A stretch of DNA of 64,000 nucleotides from Convolutriloba macropyga (Eukaryota), in assembly GCF_964194025.1 (NCBI RefSeq), contig NC_134474.1, positions 73,346,001 to 73,410,000 on the forward strand, in the 5' to 3' direction. The translations under genes were made by a program, and so were the position numbers. Within the stretch, counting starts at the first letter, position 1; each line of letters starts with the position of its first letter. Below are positions 1 to 12,362 of this stretch, one piece after another. Below the pieces are notes generated by a model, which saw only the letters and a program-made list of their open reading frames with translations, was not told where the DNA came from and made no database searches.

Positions 1-2289
1 AACGCCATTAAATTCATTAGCCTTCAACGGAAGCCAGTATATACAATAAATGATGCCTCGAGGGGACAATAAGTTTTTTTGCCAATCGTATTTCATCAAT
101 AAGACCTTACAACAAGTTAATGACTATGAAAACAACAACAGAGAGAGGCAAAAACCACAAATTCAGTAGAAAAGTGCCTGAAGAAAATGTCGAAGCAACT
201 CAAATCATAAGCTCTTCCCTGAAAACTTTATTTATGATCCGTTGAACTTCTTCCCTAAACCAATAGGGACTCTCAGCAGTAAGATGATGTGATAAGATTT
301 CAAAAGGATCGAAAAACAAAATAAACCAGACAGAAAAACTAACCAGATTAATTTTGGCTATAGTAGAACGGAAATGGATTCTGTTAGAACCAACAATGAC
401 CAAGAGTATTCACGAAAAAAAATTAGGAATGGTTGAATTTCAAAAAAGTTTCGAAAAATTATTTTTAAACCCTTAACAGCCAGTAAACTCAATCTTTCAT
501 CGGAGCTCAATGACGATGCTCAGATATAACCCATAGGGAGGAAAATGATGTCTGTCATGCATAGATAGTTAAAAAGACATCACAATAAGTCTTATGACAG
601 AAAACAATAACAAAAACAGCAAAAACTAAAATTCAGTAGAAAAATGCGAGAAGAAAGTGTCGAAGACAATTAAACCATTAGCTATTCTCTGAAAACTTTC
701 TCTGTGATCCACTGAACGTCCTCTCTAAGCCAATTGGATTACAATAATCTTTGGATAATGTGATAAAGAGTTCAAAAGTGACCAATAATTCAAAAAATCC
801 AAAAAAAAAATTTAAAAAAATTGAAATCTTTGTCATTGAAGTCATATAACCAATAGCTAGAAGATAAAACAGCTAAACAGAATATTTTTAGTCGCAGTAA
901 AAAGCAAGTGGGTCCAGTCAATACTGAAACTCACTAACAGTTCAAGAAAAATTTAGGAATTGTTATTGTTCAAATAAAATTTTCGAAAAATGATTTTTAT
1001 TTTAACAGACATTAAATTCAATAGCTTTCAACGGAAGTCAATAAAAACGCTCAAAGATGCCCCGGTGGCAGTACATTTATGTTTGTCATGCATAGGTATT
1101 CATTATGAGATCACAGTAAGTATAATGACTATTAAAACAACAAAAAAAAACAGGAGAAAACCAAAAAATCAGTAGAAAAGTGCAAGAAGAACGTGTCGAA
1201 GCCATTTAAACAATAAATTTTTGTTTAAAATTTTTATTGGTCATCCACAGAACATCGTTTTTAAGCTAATGGGAACTGTCAATATTTGGATAATGTGATA
1301 AGATTTCAAAAGTAACCAATAATACGTAAAAATCCAAAAAAAATTTTAAAAAATTGAAATTTTTTGTCATTGAAGTCATATAACCAATAGATAGGAGATA
1401 AAACCGCTAACCAGTTTAATTTTGGTTGCAGTAGGAAGGAAGAGGGTGCTCTCACCCCTGAACTGACTTACAATTCACTATAATAAGATTATGATTCTTT
1501 AATATTCAAAAAAAAATTCGAAAAATTATTTTTTAAGTCTTAACAGCCATTAGCCGCCCCCTCAATGAAATAGACATGTTCACTTAATGCTCATTATGGA
1601 AAATATTGCACTGTTAGTCAATGAATCCCTACCATAGGACTCCAAAAAAAATAGTAAAACTTCAAAAAGAAATTCAAAATTTCATTCAAAATTACGAAAA
1701 CTCAGAATCGAAGCCAAAAAAAACATGAGCAATTCCTTGAAAACGACGTTTTTTGTTCATTGCGCTTCATTCGACTATAAAGGAGTTTTGTCATTAATAG
1801 AACGTCGATATAAAATGTGACTTGTCTCTAGGTGACTTAAAAAAGCAAAAAAGAGAAAAGTTTTATTAAAAAAAGGGCTCTCAATTAGAGTTCGATTTTT
1901 TTTTGATAGTGAACTTCCCTATGAGACCAGAACTAGTGTTTCTATCGCCTTGCATTCAACTTTTACGAACTCAAAATTTATTCTTTTTATAGAAATTTGA
2001 ATTAATGTTTTCGTAAAAAAGATCTTAGTTTGAAGAAAATTGTACTAAAAGTGAACAATCATGCTAAAGATCCCATTGTTCACACAAAACTTCAATCCTC
2101 GATAACTCCTCGAAAAAAACGAAATTCAAAAAAATCTTTTTACTTTTGAATTCTACGCTGGACCAGCTTTTTAATGATACCACTCACATTTCTCTACGAC
2201 GAATATATCGATCGGCCAAAATTCACTGAACAAAAAAAAAAACCCATTTGAGTATATAGTTCCTTCCCCCACAAGTGGGGTCGGAACAA
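1..2289 (-). mobile_element. HINE/DINE-1-like non-autonomous Helentron derivative, 5' end at about 2289, with internal ~500-bp tandem units
   Basis: Terminal hairpin GTTCC-TT-CCCC...GGGG-TC-GGAAC-AA; about 140 nt shared with 56960-57098; three diverged internal repeats (about 1-480, 480-1010, 1010-1550). Confidence 0.65.
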
Positions 2290-4400
2290 AAAGTATTGTT
2301 GACTATCTTGATTTAATTTTTGGCTAAAATTTTGGCTCGATATTTCAAATTTAAATCTATTTCATCAAAATGTGCCGGAAAATTTCAGGGAATAAGATTC
2401 TAACTCGTAACAAGTACGCACTAAAACACTACTAACACAAAATTTGTATATTACAAAGGGAGCTAATTCTACTTCCACTTTCATTAAGGGCAGTCTGGAA
2501 AAAAAAGTTCACCGTTTTTTTGCTAATTTTACTCTATGATTATCAAAAACGCAGCATTTGTTTTCGATCCTTTAGCTAACAATTTATTATCTAGATATGT
2601 AACATTTGAAACAATTGAGTGTTCGTAATGGACAAACAGCAATAGGTTCAATTGGCTTTCCAGACAGTTCCAATCTAATAAATCTAGTATCTTTACTCGA
2701 AATATTATGGTCGTGTTGACTTTTCAAAATGTTTGATTTTTAAAAAAACAATGACTTTTTGAACTTTGCCTCTAATTTTCTCCTAATTTGATCAACTTGT
2801 TGCTTTGTGTCAGCAAAGAATGTTTTTTCTTCCTCTTCGATCTACTGAATAAAAAATTAATCCTTTTTTCCGCTTTACTCTTTAAATCATGGTTTTCTCG
2901 GTTTTGATACCACTAGATATCACTTTTTTGATTTTAAGAAATAGGCCCAGTTTTGACGTTTTTTTGTTTTGTCAAGTTATCACATATTTGACAGTTAAGA
3001 TTTATTACACTTTTAACATTAAAAATAAGTCAAAATTGAACACATAAATGTTTTTATATGCTTAGGTTAAGGTTTTAACGGCTTTAACGCACCTTTCTGG
3101 AAGAGAATAATTGAATTTTTTAGATTTTTCTTTAATTTTGTTCGTTTTAATTTTTCTTTTTAGTCAAATGAAAGTTCCTAGATAAATGCAGATTGCATTG
3201 GTTTTTTTTAGTGAAATTATTGAGCGTAAATTTTGATTTGAGCAGATAGCTGACGGCTTTCATGACTATAAAAACAATTGTTTTCAAAAATAAAGAAAAA
3301 TTGAAGTTGGCATTTTTGTTATTTTTTTTATTTGTTACCTAATCCCGTTAATTACAGGTCACATATTGTTGGCATATTGTACAGGTGACATTATTGTTGT
3401 CCGAAGAAGATGCAAGTGTACAAAATTTCAAGTTTTTAAATAATTCATGAATTCACTCACTTTGACACGGGTTCGCAAAAAGTACGCTAGTTCTTATTTT
3501 TGTTTAAAATTGACGTTCCTTTTTTAGACGTAGATTTTCTGAATAATCATAGGTCTCCAGCTCATCTTTTAGACGAATAAACAACCTATATATTTTTTTC
3601 ATATTGTAGCTAATGACTTTCATGATTTTAAAATTGTTTTCGAAAAAAACAAATCCGTCATTTAATGTTTCCCTTTTTTTTCTTTTTTTTTGTCTACTTG
3701 TTACCTATTCTCATTAATGAGAGGTCGCATACCACTTCAGAAAAAGTTTTCGAAAAAGTCTCAATTGAACATATATTGAGGGGGGAAATATGGCCTTATT
3801 GCTTCGATAGCTTTTTCTCGCTACTTTTATTTGAATTTTTGTTTGTCTCTTTGTTGTTTTTTTTTGTAACCACATAAAAGTTTGAAAAATGACAGGTCTT
3901 AATGCCCTTATATAGATGAGTATGTGATCACAAACAAGTTGAATAATTTAATTTGCTTTTTTAATGCTTTTCATTAGTTTGAATAAAATGCTTTTTAAAA
4001 ATATAAGCCAATTTGTTAACTTTGCTGTTTTTTGGTTCTTTTTTATCTAATTATTACCGAGCCTTTATATGGATTGGTTCCATATTTTTTTCGCGTGAAG
4101 TAAAAATTATTTTGTTCAGTTTCAGTGTTATATGACGTTACTTTCACCTTACGCACATTACCGAGCCTCCTTGTTGTTTATATTATTTAAATCAAAAATG
4201 TGCTCAAAGAAATTTTTAGAACAAAAATTAATTACATAGCAAAACATATTGAGTCGTATTTGAATGGATTAAAAAATGGTGCCTGTTGGTATTGACAAAA
4301 AACTTGCCCATGGCTCTATGTTAATAGCAGGAGTTTGAGAAATTTTTCGCGGATCTAAATATATTGTGCAAAAGAGGCGTAAAGCAACTGGAGTCCTCGA
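2290..4400 (+). mobile_element. Fragment of the same repeat family, opposite orientation
   Basis: Reverse-complement similarity to 55080-56940 (for example gacaggtcttaatgccctt versus aagggcattaggacctgtc). Confidence 0.55.
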
Positions 4401-4599
4401 AATCCAAACTTTGTATTTTTGGATGTCAACACGGCTATATCTTTGATTTTAAATAGTTTTACGGGTTCATGTGTAGCAAGCTAGCACTGTGTCCCCAACA
4501 GCAATTATCACAATTAATTTTGACGGGAGCCAACTATTTCTAGACTGTATTTTGATGTGGTAATAACTATACCAGCCGGTTCTTTTCACAAACCCGAAC

Positions 4600-4865
4600 C
4601 TAACTTTCAGATTAATTCAGTTCTGATCAGAATAAAAATAGTCAATACTGAGACTGATGCACAATCTGTTCAGGTTTTCTTTAGCTGGGATATGCAATCC
4701 TGTTGAATACTTTCGGTACATAACTCTGATTCATACTCCGATAGACTCTAATTCAGTATTTGATTCATACACTGTTAGAATCTGATCAGACGCTGTTCAG
4801 ACACTGATTCAGACTCAGATTCCGATTCTGATTTAGTGTCTGATTTAGACTCGGATTCAGACTGT
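4600..4865. repeat. Degenerate 11-12-nt tandem repeat (ctgattcagac-like)
   Basis: Repeated tcaga/tctga units. Confidence 0.6.
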
Positions 4866-4905
4866 CACATAATAGGTAAAATTCAAATTTTTTCGAGAAG
4901 ATTTC

Positions 4906-5160
4906 CTAACTTGGCCTCTTTTGATCTGCATAGACGTAGTCTCCCTTTCCTTCCTTCATCATATTGGGAAGGGTGTTGTAGTTAGTGGATCCTTGTGTCA
5001 TGTCCATGTAGTTGTAAGTGCCTCCCATTTGAGCACCATCACTGTAATTGCTCAACTCTGACGTCATGTCTGGATGATTGGTCTTATTTTTGGTTTTATC
5101 TGCCGAATCGGAGGATTGGTCATTGCTGACTTTTTGATCTTGATCTTGATCATCAGCCAT
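4906..5160 (-). CDS. Probable first coding exon (or short ORF) of an unidentified - strand gene
   Basis: aaaaatATGG start context, higher GC than flanks, protein-like composition; ends CCA A|gttagg, a plausible phase-1 donor overlapping the apparent stop. Confidence 0.5.
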   Translation of the reverse strand: MADDQDQDQKVSNDQSSDSADKTKNKTNHPDMTSELSNYSDGAQMGGTYNYMDMTQGSTNYNTLPNMMKEGKGDYVYADQKRPS

Positions 5161-6184
5161 ATTTTTGCGATATTTTTTTTTCGGTTTCAGAACTATTTTG
5201 GGGAAAAATGTGTTATATCAACAAGAATTTCCAGATATTTTTGAAGCAAGTGAATTTGTAGCCAATTGAAACGTAATAATCAAATAATTTAGCATAGTAG
5301 CAAGTCTTGCGACATCGTAAGCTGTAAAATTGAAGTTTGACTTACGCGTCTACTGATAAAAGTCCGAGTAGACAAGTTTATAAAAGTGGTTTCTATTAAA
5401 ACAGATAGTAGTTTTTGTTTTATAGACTTCATTCATTCAATCATATCAGCCACTATGGGTAATATAATGGTCTTACAGGCCTTGAAACTTTGTTCATAAT
5501 TTGACGCGTTATAGATTATCAAAAATAAAACTGTAAAGCAACCACGCAAATTCTTCTATGCTTGAAATTTTGTTCTTGTAGTACTCAAATGCTTGATTCA
5601 ATCAAACTTATCTATTTATTTTAATTTGAGGCGATCATTGATAAATACCTTTTTTCTTGTATTAGTCACTCTCTACAAATATTATTATTATCATAGTATT
5701 CTTTTATGCTATTTTTGACAGTGCATCAAAATTGTTTAATACAATGCACAGCAAAGCTTTCTATATAACTAAAGCTGTAGTTTAATACCAAAAAGAGCAG
5801 ACTTATTACCAATAGCAAATTGTTTTTCGCCAATTGTAGAAAAATACTTCTACGAGTGATGCATGGGATATTGTAAGTTGGTAAAAAAAATTTCAGAAAA
5901 CAGTAAATTCAACAAAATTTCTAAAAAATTCTAAAAAATCAAAATTGGGCAGAAATTTCAAAAAGGTTTGCGAATTTGCTCAACTCAAAAATTAAATGCT
6001 CTTAAGATCTCTTCTAGCTGTTATTTTAGGATTATTATTGGCCTGTTTCTCTTATTTTGTTAGTATTTTTCCCATTTTTTTCTCTTGAAGTTCTCTCTTT
6101 AGGTTATTTTACTGTGCGTTTCAAGTGAAATCAATTTTAGATTTTTATAGATGTTACTTATTCGTAGAAACTTTCTGATTAATT

Positions 6185-8340
6185 TTGTTCCGACTCACTC
6201 TATTGGGGGGGGGGGGAGGAACTATAAACCCAGCGGATTTTTTTGTTTAGTCAGTTTTTGGCCGATCGAATTTTTGCCGCTCTATTTTTCGATCGAAAAT
6301 CGACAAATAGAGGGGAAAAAAAAGTTTTTTTTTAAAAAAATTGAAATTTTGTGAAATGCCCTAGCAGCCGAAAGTAGCTACGTTTCACGTTTTTTTTATC
6401 CTATTTTTCATTTTAAGACTCTGAATTGCTTTGTGGAATGTGAAAACCAGTTTCACAAAATTTAAGTGCTTTTTGCTTTTAACGAAAATCGGCGCCCGAT
6501 AGCGCAATCAGCCATCTTTGGAAGCAATCTTTGTTATGTACCGGTAGATGCTCGTATCAAAAGCCCGTCTAGTGTAAAATATAGATGTAAAAGTATTTTT
6601 TGAAGTTCGTTTTTTCAAGGAGCTATCGACGTTTAAAGTTTTGTGATCAATTGGCCAATCCCTGTTGTTTTGATTCATATTTCCCTAATTTTCGACAAAT
6701 TTTCGACAAGTTGAATGAAATTTATTGAATATGTCAACCAAAATGGTAAAGGTTTAACTTTTAATGATAAAGAATGGATGCATATTTTTAACTTACTTCT
6801 GTCAACTTGTAGCTTTGGCGTAGGTTTTTTTGTTATGACCTTCAAAATTAAATAATTTCAGAAGCAAAAAGGTTTTTTGAAACTAACATTTTGTCTTTTT
6901 GATTTTGTCATCACGTTATTTATTCTCCTTTTTGAAATATCTAATCAACTGTATGCTGAATAAAACAAATATTTTCTATTGGTTATCTGTTTTGGTTATA
7001 TGGTTTTTGATTCTTCATGGCTTTAATGTTTTTGATACTGTAGTTTCATAAAATTTTTTGTGAATATTTGTTGTCCGTATATAGTTCTCGTAGCCTTATG
7101 AATGTTTCCCTCTAATAAAGATTCCATTTGTCTTCCTAAAAAGTTGTATATCGATCCAATTTTGTTGTGCATTTGAAAGCTCTTGTTTTTAATGATTTTT
7201 GAAAAAAAAAATGTTTTGAAAATATCTTTGAGATTTTTGATCTTGTCAATTTTATCTTAATTCTGTTATCATATAACTAGCATCTGCAAAACTAGATTCC
7301 ATCATCTTGCCAGCGACCTGAAGATTCCATAATTAAAAGCGCTTTACCAGCTAATACTTTTTGGCATTTTTATCTAAAAATTGATTTCTGAATATCTCCC
7401 CAATTTCTAGGTGTTCTTAGCGTTGAGTGAATAGGAAATGGCAAATTCACCTGTTACATATTTGCATTGAATTGCTTTTAGTCTTAACGAGTGCGATATC
7501 GTTTCTTCTTGGTTTTTTTTTAAAAATTAAATTTTTTTTTAACTTTGCCCCTTCTGAATTTTTTGTCGAGTTGTTGTAGAATCTCATTAAGGCCAGGTCC
7601 CATGACTTAAAAACACATAGAAACTTTCACAGCGCATCTATAAAGTATCCTACTTTTTCAATGGTTGCTCATCAAACTATTTTGTGTATAATTTTTGGAA
7701 ATTCACAAACACAAAATTTCAAAATCTTTACCTCCGGAGCAACTTTCTTGTTTCAACTTTTTTTGCAGACATTAAAAAATTAGGGTTTTATGTACTGAAC
7801 ATAGCAGTTTGCGTCAATTTTAACCGTTTTCGATTCAATTGAAAGAATCTGAAAATTGCTTCCAAGCGTCCCTCAGCTCAATCAATACAAACATATGCAC
7901 CGTCTAATAACCAAGAGGTAAAACTAGTGGTTATCAAGCCATTAGTTTATAATACAATCATCCACTTTCGAATAAACATTCTGTTGACTGATATTTTGCT
8001 CTAACTTTATCTTAGCACAAGGAGAAACAGCGTGAAGAAGCAAAAACCTTTGGCAAAATGATCAAAGAAACTAAACATGACTTTTCGGGACATTCCAAGT
8101 TGCAACAAAACAAATTCACGAAGGAATCGGACACAAAGTAAAAAACAGGCAACAAAAATCAAAGTTATCAGAACTTGTCAAAAAACTTTGCAACATTCCG
8201 CCTCACTAACTTTTTTAAATGAAAAGAGCCTACATTTGTTTGCTGAACATAAGAATTTTTTAAACTCTTCTATCGCTTTCTCCTTGGATAGACATTGAAA
8301 AAAAATGTGGATGAGCGGGGTCCAAACGTTATGGGAGTTG
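6185..8340 (+). mobile_element. HINE-like element, diverged copy
   Basis: Starts TTGTTCCGAC...GGAGGAACTATA; degenerate 3' subTIR context aaaatgtggatgagcggggtccaaacgttatg near 8302-8333. Confidence 0.55.
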
Positions 8341-8985
8341 AGAATTTCAAAAATTTAGTTTCGTGGATGACGAGGAGCACATAGAAACTTTAACAGCGCA
8401 ACTATAAATCATCCTTTCTTTTCAATGGCTCTTCAGCATACTATTTTATGTATAATTTTTGGATAAATTCACAAAACCTTTTTTTAGAAATTTTTTCCTC
8501 TGGAGCAATTTTCTTCTTTCAACTTTTTTGCAGACACTAAAAAGTTATGGTTATGTGTATTGAACATAGCAATTTGCGTAAATTTTAACCGTTTTGGTTT
8601 CAAAAAAATCTGAAAATTATTTCAAAGTGTCCCTCAGCTCTTTCATTAGAAAAAATTCACCATCTGATAGCCAAGAGGTAAATATAGTGGTTATTATGCC
8701 ATTAGTATATAATGCAATCATCAACTTTCGTATAAACATTCTGTTGACTGATACTTTGCTCTAACTTTATCATAGCACAAGAAGAAACAGCGTGAAGAAG
8801 CAAAAATCTGTGGCAAGCTAATCTAAGAAATTAAACATGACTTTGCGAGACATCCCAAGTCACAAAAAACTAATTCATGAAGAAATCCGACACAAAGTAT
8901 GAAAAAACAGGCAAAAAGTATCGAAATTTATCAAAACTTGTCGAAAAAAATTGGAACATTCTGCTTCATTAATTTTCTAAATAAA
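7614..8985 (+). repeat. ~610-bp diverged direct repeat (7614-8222 / 8378-8985)
   Basis: Both copies start cacatagaaacttt and share long identical blocks. Confidence 0.88.
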
Positions 8986-9499
8986 ACAAACTATATTGAG
9001 TATAATTAAAAAAGTTTAAGCGGATGCAAGGCTGTTATGTATACAGTATAAACGAGGTGCCGCATTATCTTTGCAAACTGTTTCAAATTGTGCGAGCGAT
9101 ATCAAAAAAACAAGTTTAGAAAAATTATGTAAAAACCAATTAACAATTAACTTGGTTATCATGTTTTTAGCATCAACACAATAGATTAGCAGTTTAATTA
9201 ATCTAGGATCCGCAGTCCGTTTCTTTTCACAATGAGAAGTAGGCTTCTTTTACAATAGGCTTTTGTTCTCCCCATTTAGGCGAGGTAAAAACGAAAATTT
9301 GTGGTTGGAGGCATTAGTATAGCTAGAGGCCTTTCTTCTGGATACATGCTGTTGTTTTTTGGTTGATGCCCTTCTCAAAATGAGCACATTTTAAGTTGCT
9401 CGCGCAAACACCATCGTCAATTTGAGTTTCGTTTGATGCACCACTCATTGGGTGACAAAAACATCAGAGCCCTAACAATTGGCGTTAAAATTTGTTGTC

Positions 9500-10184
9500 C
9501 CTACTGATTGGATTGATTGGATGACATATAAAAATATTTGACGTCTTTTATCCAATAACTGGAACGTCGAAATTTTTTTCGAGGTATAAAATATCCATGT
9601 TCATAGCGAAATGATTTCCATATAAATCTAGTTCCTCTTATGCACAGATTTGAGGCCCTTAAGATTGCAACATTCGATCTCAGTTTGGCCCAATTCATGA
9701 TGATGCTGTATGGTTTGTCCAATTTAGAAGCGAGTCTGTCCGTCAGTCTTCTGAGAAAACTTTGCTCTCTCTGGCCATCATACCGTGAACACTGAAAGTT
9801 GACGGAGTAAAAGCGATATTTTTCTCCTGCCAAGCCTTGGAGTATTTTTTGTCAGTGTCGTTGACAAGAATATCAAACGAGGCAGTATTTTGCGGGCTTC
9901 TGACACCTCTAATGAGAAGGTCGGCTCTTAACGCTTTCTGATTCTCCGAATGTTTACGATCTATTGGCTCTTTTTGAGTGTAACTCCATGCAGGGCATGA
10001 TAAGTCTCCCAACAAATCTCAAATTTCATTATGCCTTTGCGTAATCAAGCCTACGTTTTTGCAAATGAGGGCATGCTGAACATGGAAATGTTGACCAGAG
10101 CCGTCACAATCTACAGGGATGTTTGTTAGGGTTAAACGTATCTCAGCGCCCTGAAATCCCGGAATTCGTTCCTCGATAAAACAA

Positions 10185-10222
<38 letters not shown>

Positions 10223-10600
10223 CAATTTTGTTGTGAACCAACAAGAGTTTCCCATTTTAAAATTACGCTCCATTTTCGTCCTCTCTGATATGCATGCCTG
10301 TTCTAACAAACTCTCATATGTATTACTCTGCTGGGACTCACTTTCAAGCTGAAAATTTTTTTTGCTGCTGCCAGCGTGTGATTTGTGTGCGTCGGCGTCC
10401 AATGCTGTTTCATTCGAAATAGAATCCGAAATCAGGAAAGATGTTTTCTTGGACATTTCAGATTGCTCACTAGCAGAGATTTCAAAATCGTACAGATCTT
10501 ATCCAAATTTGCTCAGTTTTGGTTCGCTCGGAAAACCATTACCGCAATTTGTCTGATTATGCACAAATGCTATCTGTTCTCGTTGACCGTATAATGTCAA
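9500..10600 (-). mobile_element. Decayed CRE-type (restriction-like endonuclease) non-LTR retrotransposon, 3' part
   Basis: Split frames give CDGSGQHFHVQHALICKNVGLITQRHNEI (degenerate CCHC knuckle plus RHN), RADLLIRG...FDI (RLE) and AILRASNLCIRGTR; interrupted by a (CT)n tract. Confidence 0.8.
10189..10220. repeat. (CT)n microsatellite
   Basis: Direct. Confidence 0.97.
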
Positions 10601-12001
10601 TTAAAAAAACTATATCCCAGAAACTACCTTGTTAAGCTGTAGGTCATTTTATCAGTCTATTAAAAATTTCTAAGACTTTTGAAAATTATTTTTTACTATG
10701 AGGTCTGCATATAATATGCTCCAAATTGATAACAAAGACGCAAATTTTTCCAGCTGAATTGGAGATTAGGTTTTCAAAATATTTCAAGATCATTTGTTGC
10801 TGAGGTGAAGACAACACTTCACGCGGTCAACGACCATTAGGGACCCAAAAAATTCGTATTACACCGTCATAATGATCCAGCAAGTTATTGCTAAACATAA
10901 TTTTGTCCAATAAACAATAGCGTAATAGTTTTCTCGGCAGTTGTTTAATGAGAAACAAATCATTTCTTTGTTGCGAAAGTGCAATATAGCTATATCGGAT
11001 TAGGGGTAACTATTCTGTATCATTGTTGGATTGAAAAATTCAATTTTAAAATCTAACAAAAAATCTAAAAACTGACAAAAAACTTATAAAGGACTGACAA
11101 AACTAAAACAATAGCTACAAGCCTTTGCTTGGTTCTGAAAACTTCTTCAACTGTCCTTGAGATTGAAAATATGAATCTTACGCTAACTTCAGGTCAAAAA
11201 GTATCAAAATTTATAGCATCTTTGATCATCAGCGGAAACATTTTTTTTTTGGTATTCAAGCCGACATATGTCAACATAGGACGTTAAAAAGAATTCTGAT
11301 TGAAATATTTTTTATCAAATTGTCTTGACAGGTTGTTAAATTTGAGGATAGGGCCTTAACGTTGAAAATGTGATTTACATAACTGTTCAGAGGGGCAAAA
11401 ACTTGTTACAGTCTTTATGAATTGTCGAGTAGCCAAAATTTTTAAATATTACCGGCAAACACTTTTTTCGAGACTAATTGCTCCTTTTCGGCGCCGTTTT
11501 TGTTTTGTTTCCAAAATGCTGCAACAAAACTTCAAAAGCACAGAAATAGATGAAACAATTTGTCCAAGATGTTTTCAACCAAGAAATGTGCTTTTGACAA
11601 CGAGTAGCAACTTATAAATGTTGAACAACAAACAATATTGTTCAACTTGTAATGTCATTTTACATTTTGGAAATTTTGGGAATAAGCGTATAAAACGTAT
11701 TTGGTGTTAAAGAACCCTTAATAGAGATGCTCAAAAAGAACTACCTAAAGATGCTAAATATAAAATTAACTGATAATACAAGCGTGTTCAACTTAGACTT
11801 GTCATTGCTTGGGGAATGAGACAAAAACCAGAAAACAAGAACAAGCACATTGAATTGACCTTGATGTTTCTACGTCTATAAAACGAAACTACGCAGGCCG
11901 TTTTACGCATTAGCTTATCGAAACTGAATCTTTTCTTGTCCTTTATTGATCAAAACAATTAAATTGAACTTCTATTTTTCTTTATTATTATTGACTGGAC
12001 T

Positions 12002-12190
12002 ATGGAATCAACCAACGCAGAGGATGTGGCCAATGGTATCGTGAGTAAAAACAACACACAAACATCACAAATACAAGAGTTACAAAAGGAAGTATCTAAG
12101 CTTCGTAAAACTATTGTTGAACAAGACCAAAAAATTGAAATGCTAACAAAAAACCAGAAAAACATGAACGCGGGCACTGATTCCATTTGA
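12002..12190 (+). CDS. Short coiled-coil ORF (putative mini-ORF1) of the first LINE, 62 aa
   Basis: ATG ORF with heptad-like IQELQKEVSKLRKTIVEQDQKIEML upstream of ORF2, inside the TSD-bounded element. Confidence 0.5.
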   Translation: MESTNAEDVANGIVSKNNTQTSQIQELQKEVSKLRKTIVEQDQKIEMLTKNQKNMNAGTDSI

Positions 12191-12362
12191 TACTACTAAT
12201 CTGTGGAAAGTTTTTGTTTTTTTATCTTGCTTTTGTTTTGCGTTTTTTTTCTTCATTTAATTTTTAAAATCATTAACACTTTTTACATTAAACTGTGTCT
12301 GGCGGCCTGCGTAGCTAGTTAGTTCATTAATTAAGTTAAAACTTCAAGTCTTATCGACAAAC

